From NCBI GenBank assembly GCA_951406725.2, contig OX597815.1:197284001-197348000 (forward strand): a stretch of DNA of 64,000 bases. The letters are read 5' to 3'. The notes below the pieces were generated by a model. It saw nothing but the letters and a program-made list of their open reading frames with translations, ran no database searches and was not told the origin of the DNA. Made by a program: the position numbers and the translations under genes. Source of the DNA: Octopus vulgaris (taxonomy: Eukaryota). Position 1 is the first letter of the stretch, and each line of letters starts with the position of its first letter. This document shows positions 1-12,240 of the stretch, in pieces.

Positions 1-50
<50 letters not shown>

Positions 51-69
51 GTATATATGTATATATATT

Positions 70-396
70 GAGACCCCCTTCGGTCGTGATTGACCATGGG
101 GTTGCACTTAGAAAGTTACCCTCTCAGGCACAAGACCGGGCAAGGTTGTTTATGGAAGACCAGCAGTCACCCATGCATATCGGCCTCCCCTCTCTACGCC
201 ACCAGCGTTATCCAAGGGAAAGGCAACGACTGATACAGCTAGCCACCTGTGACGTCGCAACTTATTTCTACAGCTGAGTGAACTGGAGCAACGTGAAATA
301 AAGTGTCTTGCTCAAGAACACAACACGCAGCCCGGTCCGAGATTCGAACTCACAACCTCACGATCGTAAGCTCGACGCTCTAACCACTGAGACATG
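70..396 (-). mobile_element. tRNA-derived SINE, family C (full length)
   Basis: Minus strand begins with a tRNA-like head (CTCAGTGGTTAGAG A-box, GAGTTCGAATC B-box) followed by TTCTTGAGCAAGACACTTTATTTCACGTTGCTCCAGTTCACTCAGCTG; homologous + copy at 25609-25896. Confidence 0.85.
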
Positions 397-713
397 TGTG
401 TGGAGTGTGTGTGTGTACATATGAGGTGACAGAGGTGGAGAGCACATCGCTTTTTGTGATGAAGTTGTGCTTGATAAGTGTATCATTCTTATACATGGAA
501 TTTTCTATATTTGTGGAATTTTCAAAACTCCTATTTTCAGTTCCATAAACACATCTGTGTCATTTTTAGTTCGAGTTACATAAGAAAAGATTGGAAATTC
601 AGTGAATATTTAACCTCCATCAACATTCAGCTCATTTGGTATTGATTACTTCAATATCAGATTGGAACTAAAAAAAAAGAAGACGTTGTTCATCATAACT
701 TTTTAACGATAAT

Positions 714-1210
714 ACTTTACTTGTTTCATTCATTGGACTACGGCTATGATGAGTTTAGTCAGAAATATTTAGCCCAGGACTTGCTTCGTTTAAGGTCTGA
801 TACTTATATCTCCGTTCTTTTGTCGAACGACTAACCAGCACCGGTTGCCAAGTGGAGATATATACAGGGTGGCCCAAAAGTAGGTTTGCAGTAATTCAAC
901 TATCCATTTCGTATTCCTATATTAACAGTTTATATCTTAATTACAAAAAATATGAAACCATTATTCTATGCTAATTAGGTTAATTGTAAGATAGAAATTA
1001 AAATATGATAAATTATTTTAAAAGAAATTTAAAAGAAAGTGCCTATACGATAATTGTAAACCCACTTTCGGGCAACCCTGTATATCAATCATATTCACAA
1101 AGCTTTAGTCAGCTCGAGGTTGATAATAGAAGATACTTGTTGAAGGCGATGTATCATGGGACTGAATCTAAGGTCTGATGTTTGAGAAGTAAACCTCTTA
1201 CCCGCACCCC
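714..1210 (-). mobile_element. Degenerate family A SINE interrupted by a MITE
   Basis: Diverged matches to the family A tail (ttgtttcattcattggactacggctatg) and body (aaagctttagtcagctcgaggttgataatagaagatacttg) on either side of 865-1080. Confidence 0.55.
865..1080. mobile_element. Tc1/mariner-type MITE
   Basis: Imperfect TIRs CAGGGTGGCCCAAAAGTAGGTTTGCAGT / ATTGTAAACCCACTTTCGGGCAACCCTG, with TA on both flanks. Confidence 0.8.
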
Positions 1211-1252
1211 TAGACGTCAGCAAATTAATCGTAAAGTTAAAACAATCCTACA

Positions 1253-1449
1253 CTTTTACTATTTTATTCGTTTCAGTCATTTGACTGCGGCCATACTGGA
1301 GCACCGCCTTTAGTCAAGCAAATCGACCCCAGGACTTATACTTTGTAAGCTTAGTACTTATTCTATCTTTTGCCGAACCGCTATGTTACGGGGACGTAAA
1401 CAAACCAGTATCGGTTGTCAAGCGATGTTGGGGGGACAAAGAAAGACAT

Positions 1450-1485
<36 letters not shown>

Positions 1486-1661
1486 GTATACATATATATG
1501 ACGGGCTTCTTTCAATTTCCATCTATCAAATCCACTCACAAGGCTTTGGCCGTCGCGAGGTTGTAGTAGAAAACACTTGCCCAAGGTGCCACGCGGTGGG
1601 ACTGAACCCAGAACAATATTGTTCGTAAGCAAGCTGCATACCACACAGCCACTTCTGCTCC
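1253..1661 (-). mobile_element. tRNA-derived SINE, family A (CORE-like; resembles octopus OR-type SINEs)
   Basis: Reverse complement of the 41138-41547 copy: head GTGGCTGTGTGGTA, CORE-like CACCTTGGGCAAGTG, internal microsatellite, tail GCTCCAGTATGGCCGCAGTCAAATGACTGAAAC. Confidence 0.9.
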
Positions 1662-2124
1662 TATACAGAAATTATAGATTAATTTGAACGGTGGTGTCTA
1701 TATTGGATAATATACATGTATTAAGTAATAGAATATAAAACTATGATACGCACATACACACACTGAGTGCTTGGGTACACGTTACGCACATAATCAGGTA
1801 AATAGTTACAGAATAATTATACAGTGTATCTAACATAACAGATAACACATCTTTCGAAATCCTAATTCTTATAAAGCTGTGACGTTTATGCTAGTATATT
1901 CTACAAGAATTTATTGAAATGCTTCGAACATTCAAATAATTGAAATTCACGAAACTTTTCATGTTCAGTTATTCTTTTCATCTTCCTTGAAACTATTTCT
2001 TTACAATACAAAATGTATACGTTGCATTTTCAGAAGGGATATATTTTGTAAAATTATAAAGAACATTATGAAAAGTTTACGCGTAATCACAATGGAAAGT
2101 TTCTGATATATATATATGTGTGTG

Positions 2125-2202
<78 letters not shown>

Positions 2203-2296
2203 ATACATACGTATAGATATATATATATATACATATATATACATATACATACATATTTAAATGGAAAGCCTACTATTAATAATACATATACATATA

Positions 2297-2334
<38 letters not shown>

Positions 2335-2398
2335 TGTATATGTGTACATATATATGTATATATATAAATATGTATGTATATATACATATATGTATATC

Positions 2399-2464
<66 letters not shown>

Positions 2465-3239
2465 CAAACATACACGTGTGTATACATATATAGATACATA
2501 CACACACACATATACTCATATGTATATCAGGACTTTATTTCAAAAATTACCTCCGCATAATTCACAAAGTTACAGACTTGAAACTTTACGTGTCTTAGAC
2601 CTAGATGTAATGGCGCCGCTAAGTCTATTTTATTACCTACTGTGAAGACCTATTCAGCAGTTATGATCAATATTCATAAAGAAAATGGGACGTCCAGAAT
2701 ATTTCTAGTAATTCGACACGCCAGGTGGTAATACATGTATGTATCTAAAAGTACAATTTTTTTCAACTTGTATATCCATATAATTTCATGCTAAACCACC
2801 ATATCACACTATACTGGTTTTTGAAATGGTTTGCGTTAATTTATGTCAAATTTCCGTTGGCTGATTATGAATTATGCGTGTTCCACACTGGGGTCGACGA
2901 ACAAGGGTGAATGTTACAATAGAAAATAATAACATATATTATAATTTGAAGAAATATTGACCTTTACGGAGCATCATCTTCCTGATATGACATTCTAACA
3001 AAGATCTCAATATTTGTTCAAAGAATAAAAATGGCTGGCAGCTTACAGGAATGTGCTTGCATATTCATAGGAATATGTATGTATGTATGAATATATGTAT
3101 GGATGAATTTTTGTATGTATGCATATATATATATATATATATATGTGTGTGTATATATCTATCTATCTATGCATACACACACATACTTACATACATACAT
3201 GCATATGTACATACATTCATACATACATAATACATACAT

Positions 3240-4390
3240 TTGGTCTGTATAGGAAATCCACTCTATAGATATCAAAATCCGCAAAATTCTGACAGCATCT
3301 GGGAATTTCCGCAGAAGCAGTGATGTTGATAGGCTAAACCAAAGAAGAAAATGAAGGTGGTAGATGCCTGAGATCAGTGCAGACGGCCTTCGAATTCCAT
3401 ATGGTAGCATTCAGGCAGCATCTGCTAAAAGCAGCATCAAAAGTAAATATATTAATGCAGTCCTGAAAAGTGAAGTGAGCAGCATTGTACAAGTTGGCTG
3501 AGAACTCCTCAATAAACACTCTCTTCCCGATGATCTTCTATACAGGCCCAAAACAGCTGGGATCTGTTATCTCGGAGAAGAATTGGATGGAAAGCACTCA
3601 GCATACAAAATAGACCATGTATGTGTATGTTGCCAGGAAGCTTGAAGAAGGCAGTAGGACTGACACGAATTGTGACATCACATCACACTTTGAAGGCCAT
3701 GTGTTTGTAATCCAGGAACAGGAGATAGCCACACATACCTGGTGAACAAGACAAACAGTTACGCTCTTGTAATCCCAAGGTGCAACCGCATGCGTAGGCT
3801 ATGTCATGTTTTATGTAGAAGACATTATGCATGTGATTAGCGTTGGCCTAAAATGTCGTCACGGTACTACCTCCCTATGCAGCACGACGTTGTTGCTAAA
3901 GCAATTTACATTGCCATCCACAGAAAATAAGATTGTTCTGAAATAAACTTAGAAAATCCCTCTGTTATGGAATACATTCATAAACACAAACTTAAGGAAT
4001 ACTGGTGGAATATTCCCATCAAAACATCTGTCAAATGTAAGCATAACGGACTGGATATTGTTTAGGACAATAGAGGTTAGTTGTTCTGCAGATATAAATA
4101 TCTCCGAAAATCAAAGAAATAAAAAGGATATTTATGGACATCTGCTTCGAAATCTCCAGCTTCTGTATCCAGACAATGAATTTATATTCATGCCAATAGT
4201 AATTGGAGCACTAGGTTTTGTTAGCTAATGCTACAAGGAGAATCTGGATTACTGGGATCTTCAGAAAGAGCAATTGACTGGTTGATTCATACATTACAAG
4301 TCGAATCTGTTAGTGTAACTGTGAAAATATGCAAGACTTTTCTCAAGTTCCAAATGTGAATTTGACTGTGTTAACTACATCCCAAAGATG
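3240..4390 (+). pseudogene. Degraded R4/Dong-clade non-LTR retrotransposon, C-terminal part (late RT, CCHC, RLE)
   Basis: Hand translation across frameshifts gives EIHSIDIKIRKILTASGNFRRSSDVDRL, IQEQEIAT, RLCH...VEDIMHVIS (zinc-knuckle remnant), YYLPMQHDVVAKAIY, EYWWNIPIKTSVKCKHN, MPIVIGALGFV. Confidence 0.75.
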
Positions 4391-4469
4391 GAACGTTGAA
4401 TCTTTGTTGAAGACTAGCTACCGACTCAGTGGAATATTTATAATAATTAAAAATAGAAGATACATACAA

Positions 4470-4501
<32 letters not shown>

Positions 4502-4524
4502 GTATAATATACGTATACGTATGC

Positions 4525-4555
<31 letters not shown>

Positions 4556-4583
4556 CGTGTGTATATTCATATATGTATATTCA

Positions 4584-4641
<58 letters not shown>

Positions 4642-4771
4642 TAAAAGGAATTCCAACCTTGTCTGATTTTCACGTTTTATTTACAATCTTATAATGATAT
4701 ATTATAAGATAATATATTATAATTGAATAAAATAAAATGAAATAGTAGAATGTTAAATGTTCATTCGGATA

Positions 4772-4814
4772 GAACTAGTACTTTCATGCATTGAATTCTG
4801 CAATCTTCGGGTTC
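4772..4814 (-). ncRNA. Minimal type-I hammerhead ribozyme motif (U4C variant)
   Basis: Minus strand: gaac-CCGAAGA-t-tgca-gaattcaa-tgca-t-GAAA-gtac-TA-gttc; stem I gaac/gttc, stem II tgca/tgca, palindromic stem III AGTACT. Confidence 0.65.
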
Positions 4815-4825
4815 ATGTAGTAAGG

Positions 4826-4880
4826 TGACAGTCATGCTTCACAATTTTTGACAGTCAAAAATTGTGAAGCATGACTGTCA
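4826..4880. repeat. Perfect 27-bp inverted repeat with 1-nt spacer
   Basis: tgacagtcatgcttcacaatttttgac-a-gtcaaaaattgtgaagcatgactgtca. Confidence 0.95.
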
Positions 4881-5481
4881 TGTTCGTTTTAAAAAATAAT
4901 TATTAGAATATTAACGACCAAATTACTACTCTGCACTTGAATCTATGTAGCAAGCGTCTGATGGAATTATTCTGTGTTTATGCGACAAATCCTTCCTGCC
5001 AAGAATTAACTTTATATTATGAATCTCGGGAACGACAATAATTTTACTCCGAATACTTTACAATAATTTTTCCTGCTTATAATTGCTACAAGTAATGTTG
5101 CTTTCGAAGATTTGACACTATTAAAATAGTATATTGAAGCTATGTTCTGAAATAAGTTTAGCAATAGGTGACATATTGCTTCTTCAGAAATCTATACATA
5201 AACACATATGGATGCATCGATGACCAAAGTTGTTTATTTATATTGTTAAATTCTTGAACGAGTTAAACTGAAGCTATTTGCTAGTACAGTTCTAGTTTAA
5301 TAATAGACAGAGAACACCACTGTAAAATAAGAAAACTAAAAGAAGCAGCAAATATGCTAGGACACAGCAACCTCCTGAGCAGAACGAGTGCAGATATGAA
5401 CAACATATGAGATTCGGTATTAAGGAATGATAGGAGAATATTAGATTTATAAGCCCTAAAATTCACTCCATAATTGCCCAC

Positions 5482-5880
5482 GGGCATATAGTGTAGTGGT
5501 TAAGAGCGCGGGCTACTAAACCCAAAATTATGAGTGACTTGAATAATAATAAATAATAATAACAACACCGAAAAATACTTTCATTCATATAATTTGCCAC
5601 AAGGGCATTACATAGATGTAGCTGTAGATGCGGGCTGGATATTACATTAATGAGATGAAATGATAAACAAAATTATGATTATTAATGAGAGGAGCAAAAG
5701 ACGCCCGTCGATCCTCTGCTTCTATAAAACACTGTCCTTCAAAAAACAAAATGAGGTATTAAACCTCTTATCTCAATACTTTAGGAATGAGAACCCAGGT
5801 TCGAAATTTCCCCGAAACGTTGTGTTAACAACAAACAAGATGAGAACAAATATCAGTCAATTGTAAATAATGTAAATAAT
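5482..5880 (+). mobile_element. tRNA(Ser)-like-headed SINE remnant, probably interrupted
   Basis: GGGCATATAGTGTAGTGGTTAAGAGCGCGGGCTACTAA head, (TAA)n-like linker, AATACTTT repeated near 5574 and 5775, tail ending in repeated TGTAAATAA. Confidence 0.5.
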
Positions 5881-6199
5881 GTGATATTTGCTAGCGATGA
5901 GTTTAGATCAAATAAATAGAAAATTCGAAGTGTTGCATAAACTTCGAAATACTAAATCTAAATATTTGTGGTTCTGTTACTATGGCACATTCTGATTGTT
6001 CAACGAGAGATTACCCCCCCCCCCCCCAAAAAACAAAAACAGCATTATATCCCTGTGTTAATTTCAGCTGCGGTGATACAGGAACACATAGGTAAGTGAA
6101 ATGAAAATAATTCAGAAACATCTACGCTCCCATATACTGTGAATTAGTTGCACAAGCAATGTATTAATTCTAATTCATGTGAAAGATAAATTTGATAGC

Positions 6200-6700
6200 A
6201 AAAGAATTGCTGCAGTCCCATACATATCGTAAATCAACGTAACAGTGAGAATTGAAAATCGAGACGCATAAATGCATATCGACCAATTTCCAATTGCCAT
6301 TCGACACAAACTATGCTACTCGATGTACGGGTTGACATAATGGATATTTTCTCCTCACCAATCATTTTTACTCCCGTCTGAACTAAAGGCGGTTCCACTC
6401 TCATGAATTATAACGGGGGTTTGTTGAAGCGATGGGCAGACGCTTTAACGGATCCTTTTCACAACAGCAGCAGATTAGAGAAGGTTATTATGAGAGACGC
6501 TCCAATATATCAATCTATTCAGAAAATTGATATGAATTTTAACAGACACGAAATCGGAATTTCCATTTGAGAAATCAATTCAGAAAAGGGCGCAGGAGTT
6601 AATATTGATTGTATATCATCTCTGATTATTAAGCATTGTCGTTATTAAGCAGGAGAGAGAATTAACTGATTAACACGCTGACAATGTGACTGCAATAGAC
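6200..6700 (+). pseudogene. Degraded RTE-clade LINE fragment (linker just upstream of RT)
   Basis: Translates as GGSTLMNYNGGLLKRWADALTDPFHNSSRLEKVIMRDAPIYQSIQKIDMNFNRHEIGISI*EINSEKGAGVNI, resembling the RTE/BovB L.RW.E.F...KA.G.D.I region. Confidence 0.5.
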
Positions 6701-6757
6701 GCCAAGTAAAATCAGAGTAATCTTAGTAACACGAGCAAATCCCTTACACGTTCATAT

Positions 6758-6935
6758 AGGAGTGGTTGTGTGGTAGGTAGCTTGCTTACGAAATACATGT
6801 TTCCGGGTTCAGTCCCACTGTGTGGTACCTTGGGCAAGTGTTTTCTACTATAGCCTCGGACCGACGAAAGCCTTGTGGGTGGATTTGGTAGACGGAAACT
6901 GAAAGAAGCCCGTCGTATATATGTATATATATATG
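6758..6935 (+). mobile_element. Family A SINE, 5' half
   Basis: Matches the head and CORE-like part of 41138-41305. Confidence 0.85.
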
Positions 6936-7603
6936 TAAATGTTAACATTCCAGAAAATCTTTCTTTAAATATTGTAAGTTTATCAAGTATTTTTTGCAAA
7001 AGTTCTAAATGCATACATACGCAAATACATACATACATTTATATATACATACATACATACATACATACATACACACATACATACATACATACACTCATAC
7101 ATACATACATACATACATACATACACACATACATACTTACATACATACATACATACCTACATACATGCATACATACATACATTCATACATAGATACATAC
7201 ATACATATTTTATCGCGTCGAATACAGAGACATTGGTGTAGAGGTCTATTTATTCACCCGGATAATGATTACTATTCCCTATAATTTTTGCCAATAATGC
7301 AAGCCTAGGAAAAGAAATGGTTAATCTTTTTCGAGTAATTGCAATGTAACAAACTTTTCCGAAAGGATCGTAACACTAACCAATCAGTGAAATACATACC
7401 TCAGGGAAAATTACTATACGTGTATCCTTGAACTATCGTGATCGTGAAAAATTCCAGTAGACTTCTGAACTGAAACAAGACATGTATCATTTCTACGGAA
7501 ATGCAACAGAAGATTCCTCTACAAGCTACATGAAGAGACTGAAAGAAACGTACGTACATACATGCACACTACATACACATGCATATATATGAATATATAT
7601 ATA

Positions 7604-7634
<31 letters not shown>

Positions 7635-8391
7635 GCATACTCATATATGTTTATGTATATATGTGTGCGTGTAGTGTTATATATGTGTGCAGGTATGTGT
7701 GTGTGTATGTACGTTTATAATTATATTAATTTTATCTAAATAATCAATTTGATCATACTTGACCGTCGAGCCCTGGATGTAATTAACAACGATTATATTC
7801 CATTAAGAAACAGATATCAACATAATATCAAAGAAAGTTAAAGTTTTAATCTATTGTATTTCGTGTGTATGGAAGCGTATTCATTCTACAAAACTGCACG
7901 TTACCTCCAAGAGTATATGATTTAATTCCCAAACACATATTCACATGTATGCATAAAAATACACTCATATCTGACTATTAGTATACAGTCAAATATATAT
8001 ATACATACATATATATGTATGTATGTATGTATATATATATATATGCAATTGTGTGTCTCTGTACTTGCATACATACACAAACTTACATAGATGTACATAC
8101 GAAAGCTAATACACTGATATATGTCCTAGCGCGCTTTCGGCACATACATGTACAACTGCACATGAAGATGAGAAAGTGTTATGTTTGAATAAACATAATC
8201 GATTGATATACTGAGAAGCGCGTATTACGTATTCATCTGTGAAACACATCGTAGACTCAATTACGCCAACTCGCGAACATCTACCTATGAACACGCAGAT
8301 TCACAGACACACTCACACACATTTATATACGTATACATAAACGAAACTATTTTAATAAATCTCGCATCTCTCGCAGTTTGTGTGTGCGTAG

Positions 8392-8425
<34 letters not shown>

Positions 8426-8440
8426 CAACACACATATATT

Positions 8441-8526
<86 letters not shown>

Positions 8527-8555
8527 TATGTAGGTATATATATATATATACATAT

Positions 8556-8608
<53 letters not shown>

Positions 8609-8610
<2 letters not shown>

Positions 8611-8765
8611 CGCAGGTGTGGCTGTGTGGTAAGTGGCTTGTATACCAACCACATGGTTCCAGATTCGGTCCCACTGTGTGGCAACCTGGGCGAATGTCTT
8701 CCATATCCTCTTATCGACCAAAAGCCTTGTAAATGGATTTGGTAGATGGAAACTGAAAGAAGACC

Positions 8766-8810
<45 letters not shown>

Positions 8811-8862
8811 AGGCTTAGGAATAATAAGTCTTGGGGGTTGATTTGTTCAACTAAAGGCGGTG
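8609..8862 (+). mobile_element. Family A SINE, partial
   Basis: GGCGCAGGTGTGGCTGTGTGGTAAG head through GGAAACTGAAAGAAG; tail remnant at 8808-8862. Confidence 0.8.
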
Positions 8863-8966
8863 AGAAATAAATGAATATATATATATATATATATATACTC
8901 GTATATATTTATACATATGTACATATGTGCATGTATACCTGTATATATAGATATATACATTTATGC

Positions 8967-9025
<59 letters not shown>

Positions 9026-10007
9026 TATATATGTATAGGTATGTATGCATATTTAGAAAGGTTGAGGGGAAGGGAGATAGAGAGTGACAGATGGCATTGG
9101 TGTGTTTACGTACATAAATAATAAACATTTTACAAAGACCTTTTTGTTTAATACTATTTTTTGTCTTATTCTTAGAATATCAAGATGCTATACTTTGATT
9201 CCTTAAGCAATTATTCTAAGTTGCACTCCTTATTAGGAATTCAATATTCTTAATTGCTATCTTTTTGGCGCCAATCCTCATTCTAGTGTCCAAGTCAACT
9301 AATGAAATGGAAGAAGTTTTCAAAGAAACTATGGCACGCATCGTATCTCTTTTATATTGTTATATTCTCTCGCTACTTTCTTTCTTATAATTTTATTCGG
9401 CTAATAAGTCATTATTTTTATATTCGTTTTTCTATAGTATTTTGGCAAGTGTTTCTTGGCATGTAACAAGTCTTTAAGATTTAATCTCCAAGGCGTGAAA
9501 TAGATTCCATAAAATATATCTCGTTAAGCAGATCTAAGTTTTCATTAAACTTCTTAAACGAATATACTATAATGTAATATAAAATACAAGTAGAATTTTG
9601 AAAAATTAATATTAATGGAATACTTGGAACGTTAGCTAAGCAAGCCATAAAACATATTTGCTCGAACGATCGCATAACATGATTTTTTCTTTCATTCTTT
9701 CTAACTAAGTTTTTAACTTCATGCTATGTTATTTCATGTAATTACAAAGCGTATAAACATGACAATAAATATAACACACCTGAGTAAAACACTGAAGAAA
9801 ACAAGAATATATATATACGTAGGGAAAAGGATAATTAATATCATATGTTATTATGAATGAGATTCTCTGTATTTTTCAATAATGTTGCAAAACCCATTCT
9901 AACCTAACTATATGTATATGTGTGTGTGTATTTGTGTATGCGTGTGCGTGTGAGAGTGTGTGTGAGTGTGTGATTACATAAATATATGTACATATATATA
10001 AATATAT

Positions 10008-10049
<42 letters not shown>

Positions 10050-10051
<2 letters not shown>

Positions 10052-10235
10052 TCGCCATGATAGATCGTTAGCCACTACACACATTTTTTCTCTCCTTGTT
10101 TTTTCTGTGTCCCCTTCTGTAGAAGAGCATAGGCTCGAAACGTAAAAGACATTTTCTATTCCTGAGCGTTATACTAATACATCTGCTTGTTTTGTACACC
10201 ACCTGTCTTCGTCTTTTCTTCTTTTCGTAAACTCT

Positions 10236-10238
<3 letters not shown>
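10050..10238 (+). mobile_element. Short repeat with hammerhead-like motif, flanked by (TA)n (putative Penelope-like pLTR)
   Basis: Homologous to 30645-30830 and, on -, to 46950-47005; contains CTGTAGAA-gagc-atag-gctc-GAAA-cg-TA-aaag at 10113-10148. Confidence 0.65.
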
Positions 10239-10277
<39 letters not shown>

Positions 10278-10399
10278 TATATTGAATATATGAACACACA
10301 AACACACACACGCATACATATATATATATGTGTGCGGGTGTATGCATGTGGCTCCATGCTACCGAGTGTAACTTTAACTCTGGACATGTATACTCAAGC

Positions 10400-11300
10400 G
10401 TAGATAATTTTGGCAGTTCACAACATATGCTATATCCCGCTCTGTATACCATTAATATTTATCTAAGGACAAAGCCAACGATCTGGCCAATAAAGTGATA
10501 AAATATGTCTTTGAAGGCATTGCTGTTACAAAGCAAAAATCCAGATGTTGTTGCTAAATTGTACACAGTACAGAGAATCTACTTTTACCGGTATATTTAA
10601 TTTTTTTCAATCTGAACCGGATTTGCCCTTGGAGCACAGGGTGTCCGACCAAATATCGCAATAGCGTCCTCTGTATACATGAGAAAACAACAACGCTTGG
10701 AATGCACGTTCCATAAATATATGGGGGTTCTGAAAATAAGATATAAGTTTGTTTTCTCGTTAGTTTGTCTGAGGAAAAGGTGATTACTTCAGTGCATTGC
10801 AGGTTCTTCGAGGTTCTTCGAGGTTCATTGGCTTGGTGTAAATATTCCACCAGAATTAAATCGGAATGCTAATCCCAATATTTGCAACATAACCACTTCA
10901 AGTAGATTAAACTCGCAAAGGTAGTGGTAATAAACACGATTTAGCATTGCCTCTTAAAATAATAATGATATTTCAGAAATTTAACCTGACAGTACATTAA
11001 TATGCAAGTACTCGAAAATATATATCTGAAGGTGTTGTCACGTTCATATATACTATATAATTTCTTCTTAATAAATAAGTAATCATAGTTGAACGATTGC
11101 CAAAGAATGAAAATAGTGCCCCTTACATCCTGGGTAATCTGAATAGATTAGAGTATGCAGTAAATATATTTTACAAAGTATATGTTTTTAGTAATAGTCG
11201 TCTATCTCCATTACATCATCATGAGGAAATAATTTACGAAGCCGCATCAATATGTTCTCTTCATAGAGCACTATTATTTCTTCTTTTTGTGTGTGTGATA
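10400..11300 (-). pseudogene. Possible highly degraded Penelope-like RT fragment
   Basis: Weak motif remnants on -: VMEIDDYY*K (cf. VVMD..DY..K) and LFRLPRM (cf. YGLPKIHK). Confidence 0.3.
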
Positions 11301-11907
11301 AGCCACTGCTTACTTTTTTTCCTGGGAAGCATTTATGTCATTTACTCATAAAACAAGAAATTATTTGCTTGGTTAGCGGAAAAAATCTGAGTGACGACAG
11401 AACATTGCTGCTACGGATACAACAAAGAAATACATTGTGTCTGTCTAAACTGAATAAGACGTGTGTCAGCAATAATAGTGGTTTGTAATGATCAGCGAAT
11501 TCTGTAACTAAGCGAGTGTAGATCCTGCAGCAAGTTACCTTCAGCTGTGTGATGACCACTGGTCAGTAACCAGACAAACAATCTTATATATCCGATAGAA
11601 AAATGCCTTAAGATAAAACGGTTGAAGACATTCCAGTATTCTTATCCCAAACATAATTATGTTGCTTACAACAATTTCGAATCTCCTTCCAGTAACTGAA
11701 AAATGCAGGTTCTTCATATATATACCAGGTTTCTGGATGCTTAGTTGTTTGCTAAGGTCATAAATCCCTGACAAAATTGTCTTGGTAGTTAATGGTTATA
11801 TTCACCTTTGAACGCAGTGGTTTCGGGATCGATTCATACGCAGTGAATTGGTGCAAGAGAATCTGCCAATATTTATGTTATTGAGGGTGGTGCACAAAAA
11901 CTTCTCA

Positions 11908-12240
11908 CGGGTTCCGTAGCACAGTGCAGTACAGAAACAAATTTAAACATACGAAATTCGAATCCCAGAATTTATACAGAACATTCCCCAAAGGATTACT
12001 CGAATCCCCAGGAAGTTAACACTCACATTGGCGCAGCAGTTTCACATAAGCAGGAGGTCATGCCATCTGGTGTAGAAAGGTATAAAGCTAAACACTTCGA
12101 TGTCACTATATTACGTCTAAAGTTACACATAGACAACCGTGTTTTGATGCCCCAGGGAATTATTTTCAAGATCTATGGTAGTGAGTCCATTCCAGCTCTT
12201 ACAAATTTATTTCTGAAGTTACACAATGTTACGGAACCTG
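11908..12240. mobile_element. Old MITE with about 40-bp imperfect TIRs
   Basis: CGGGTTCCGTAGCACAGTGCAGTACAGAAACAAATTT versus reverse complement of the right end CAGGTTCCGTAACATTGTGTAACTTCAGAAATAAATTT; TSD unclear. Confidence 0.55.

Noticed and set aside
2001-2645. ORFs rich in YI/CV/HT repeats (also about 8350-8750, 19450-19900, 30270-30730, 57670-58180, 62860-63160, 63530-63830)
   Set aside because: They are translations of (TA)n, (CA)n, (TACA)n, (TATC)n and (TAA)n microsatellites, not genes.
9160-9720. Possible Penelope N-terminal remnant on - (NIEFLIR)
   Set aside because: A single weak motif, and its order is inconsistent with the putative RT remnant at 10400-11300.
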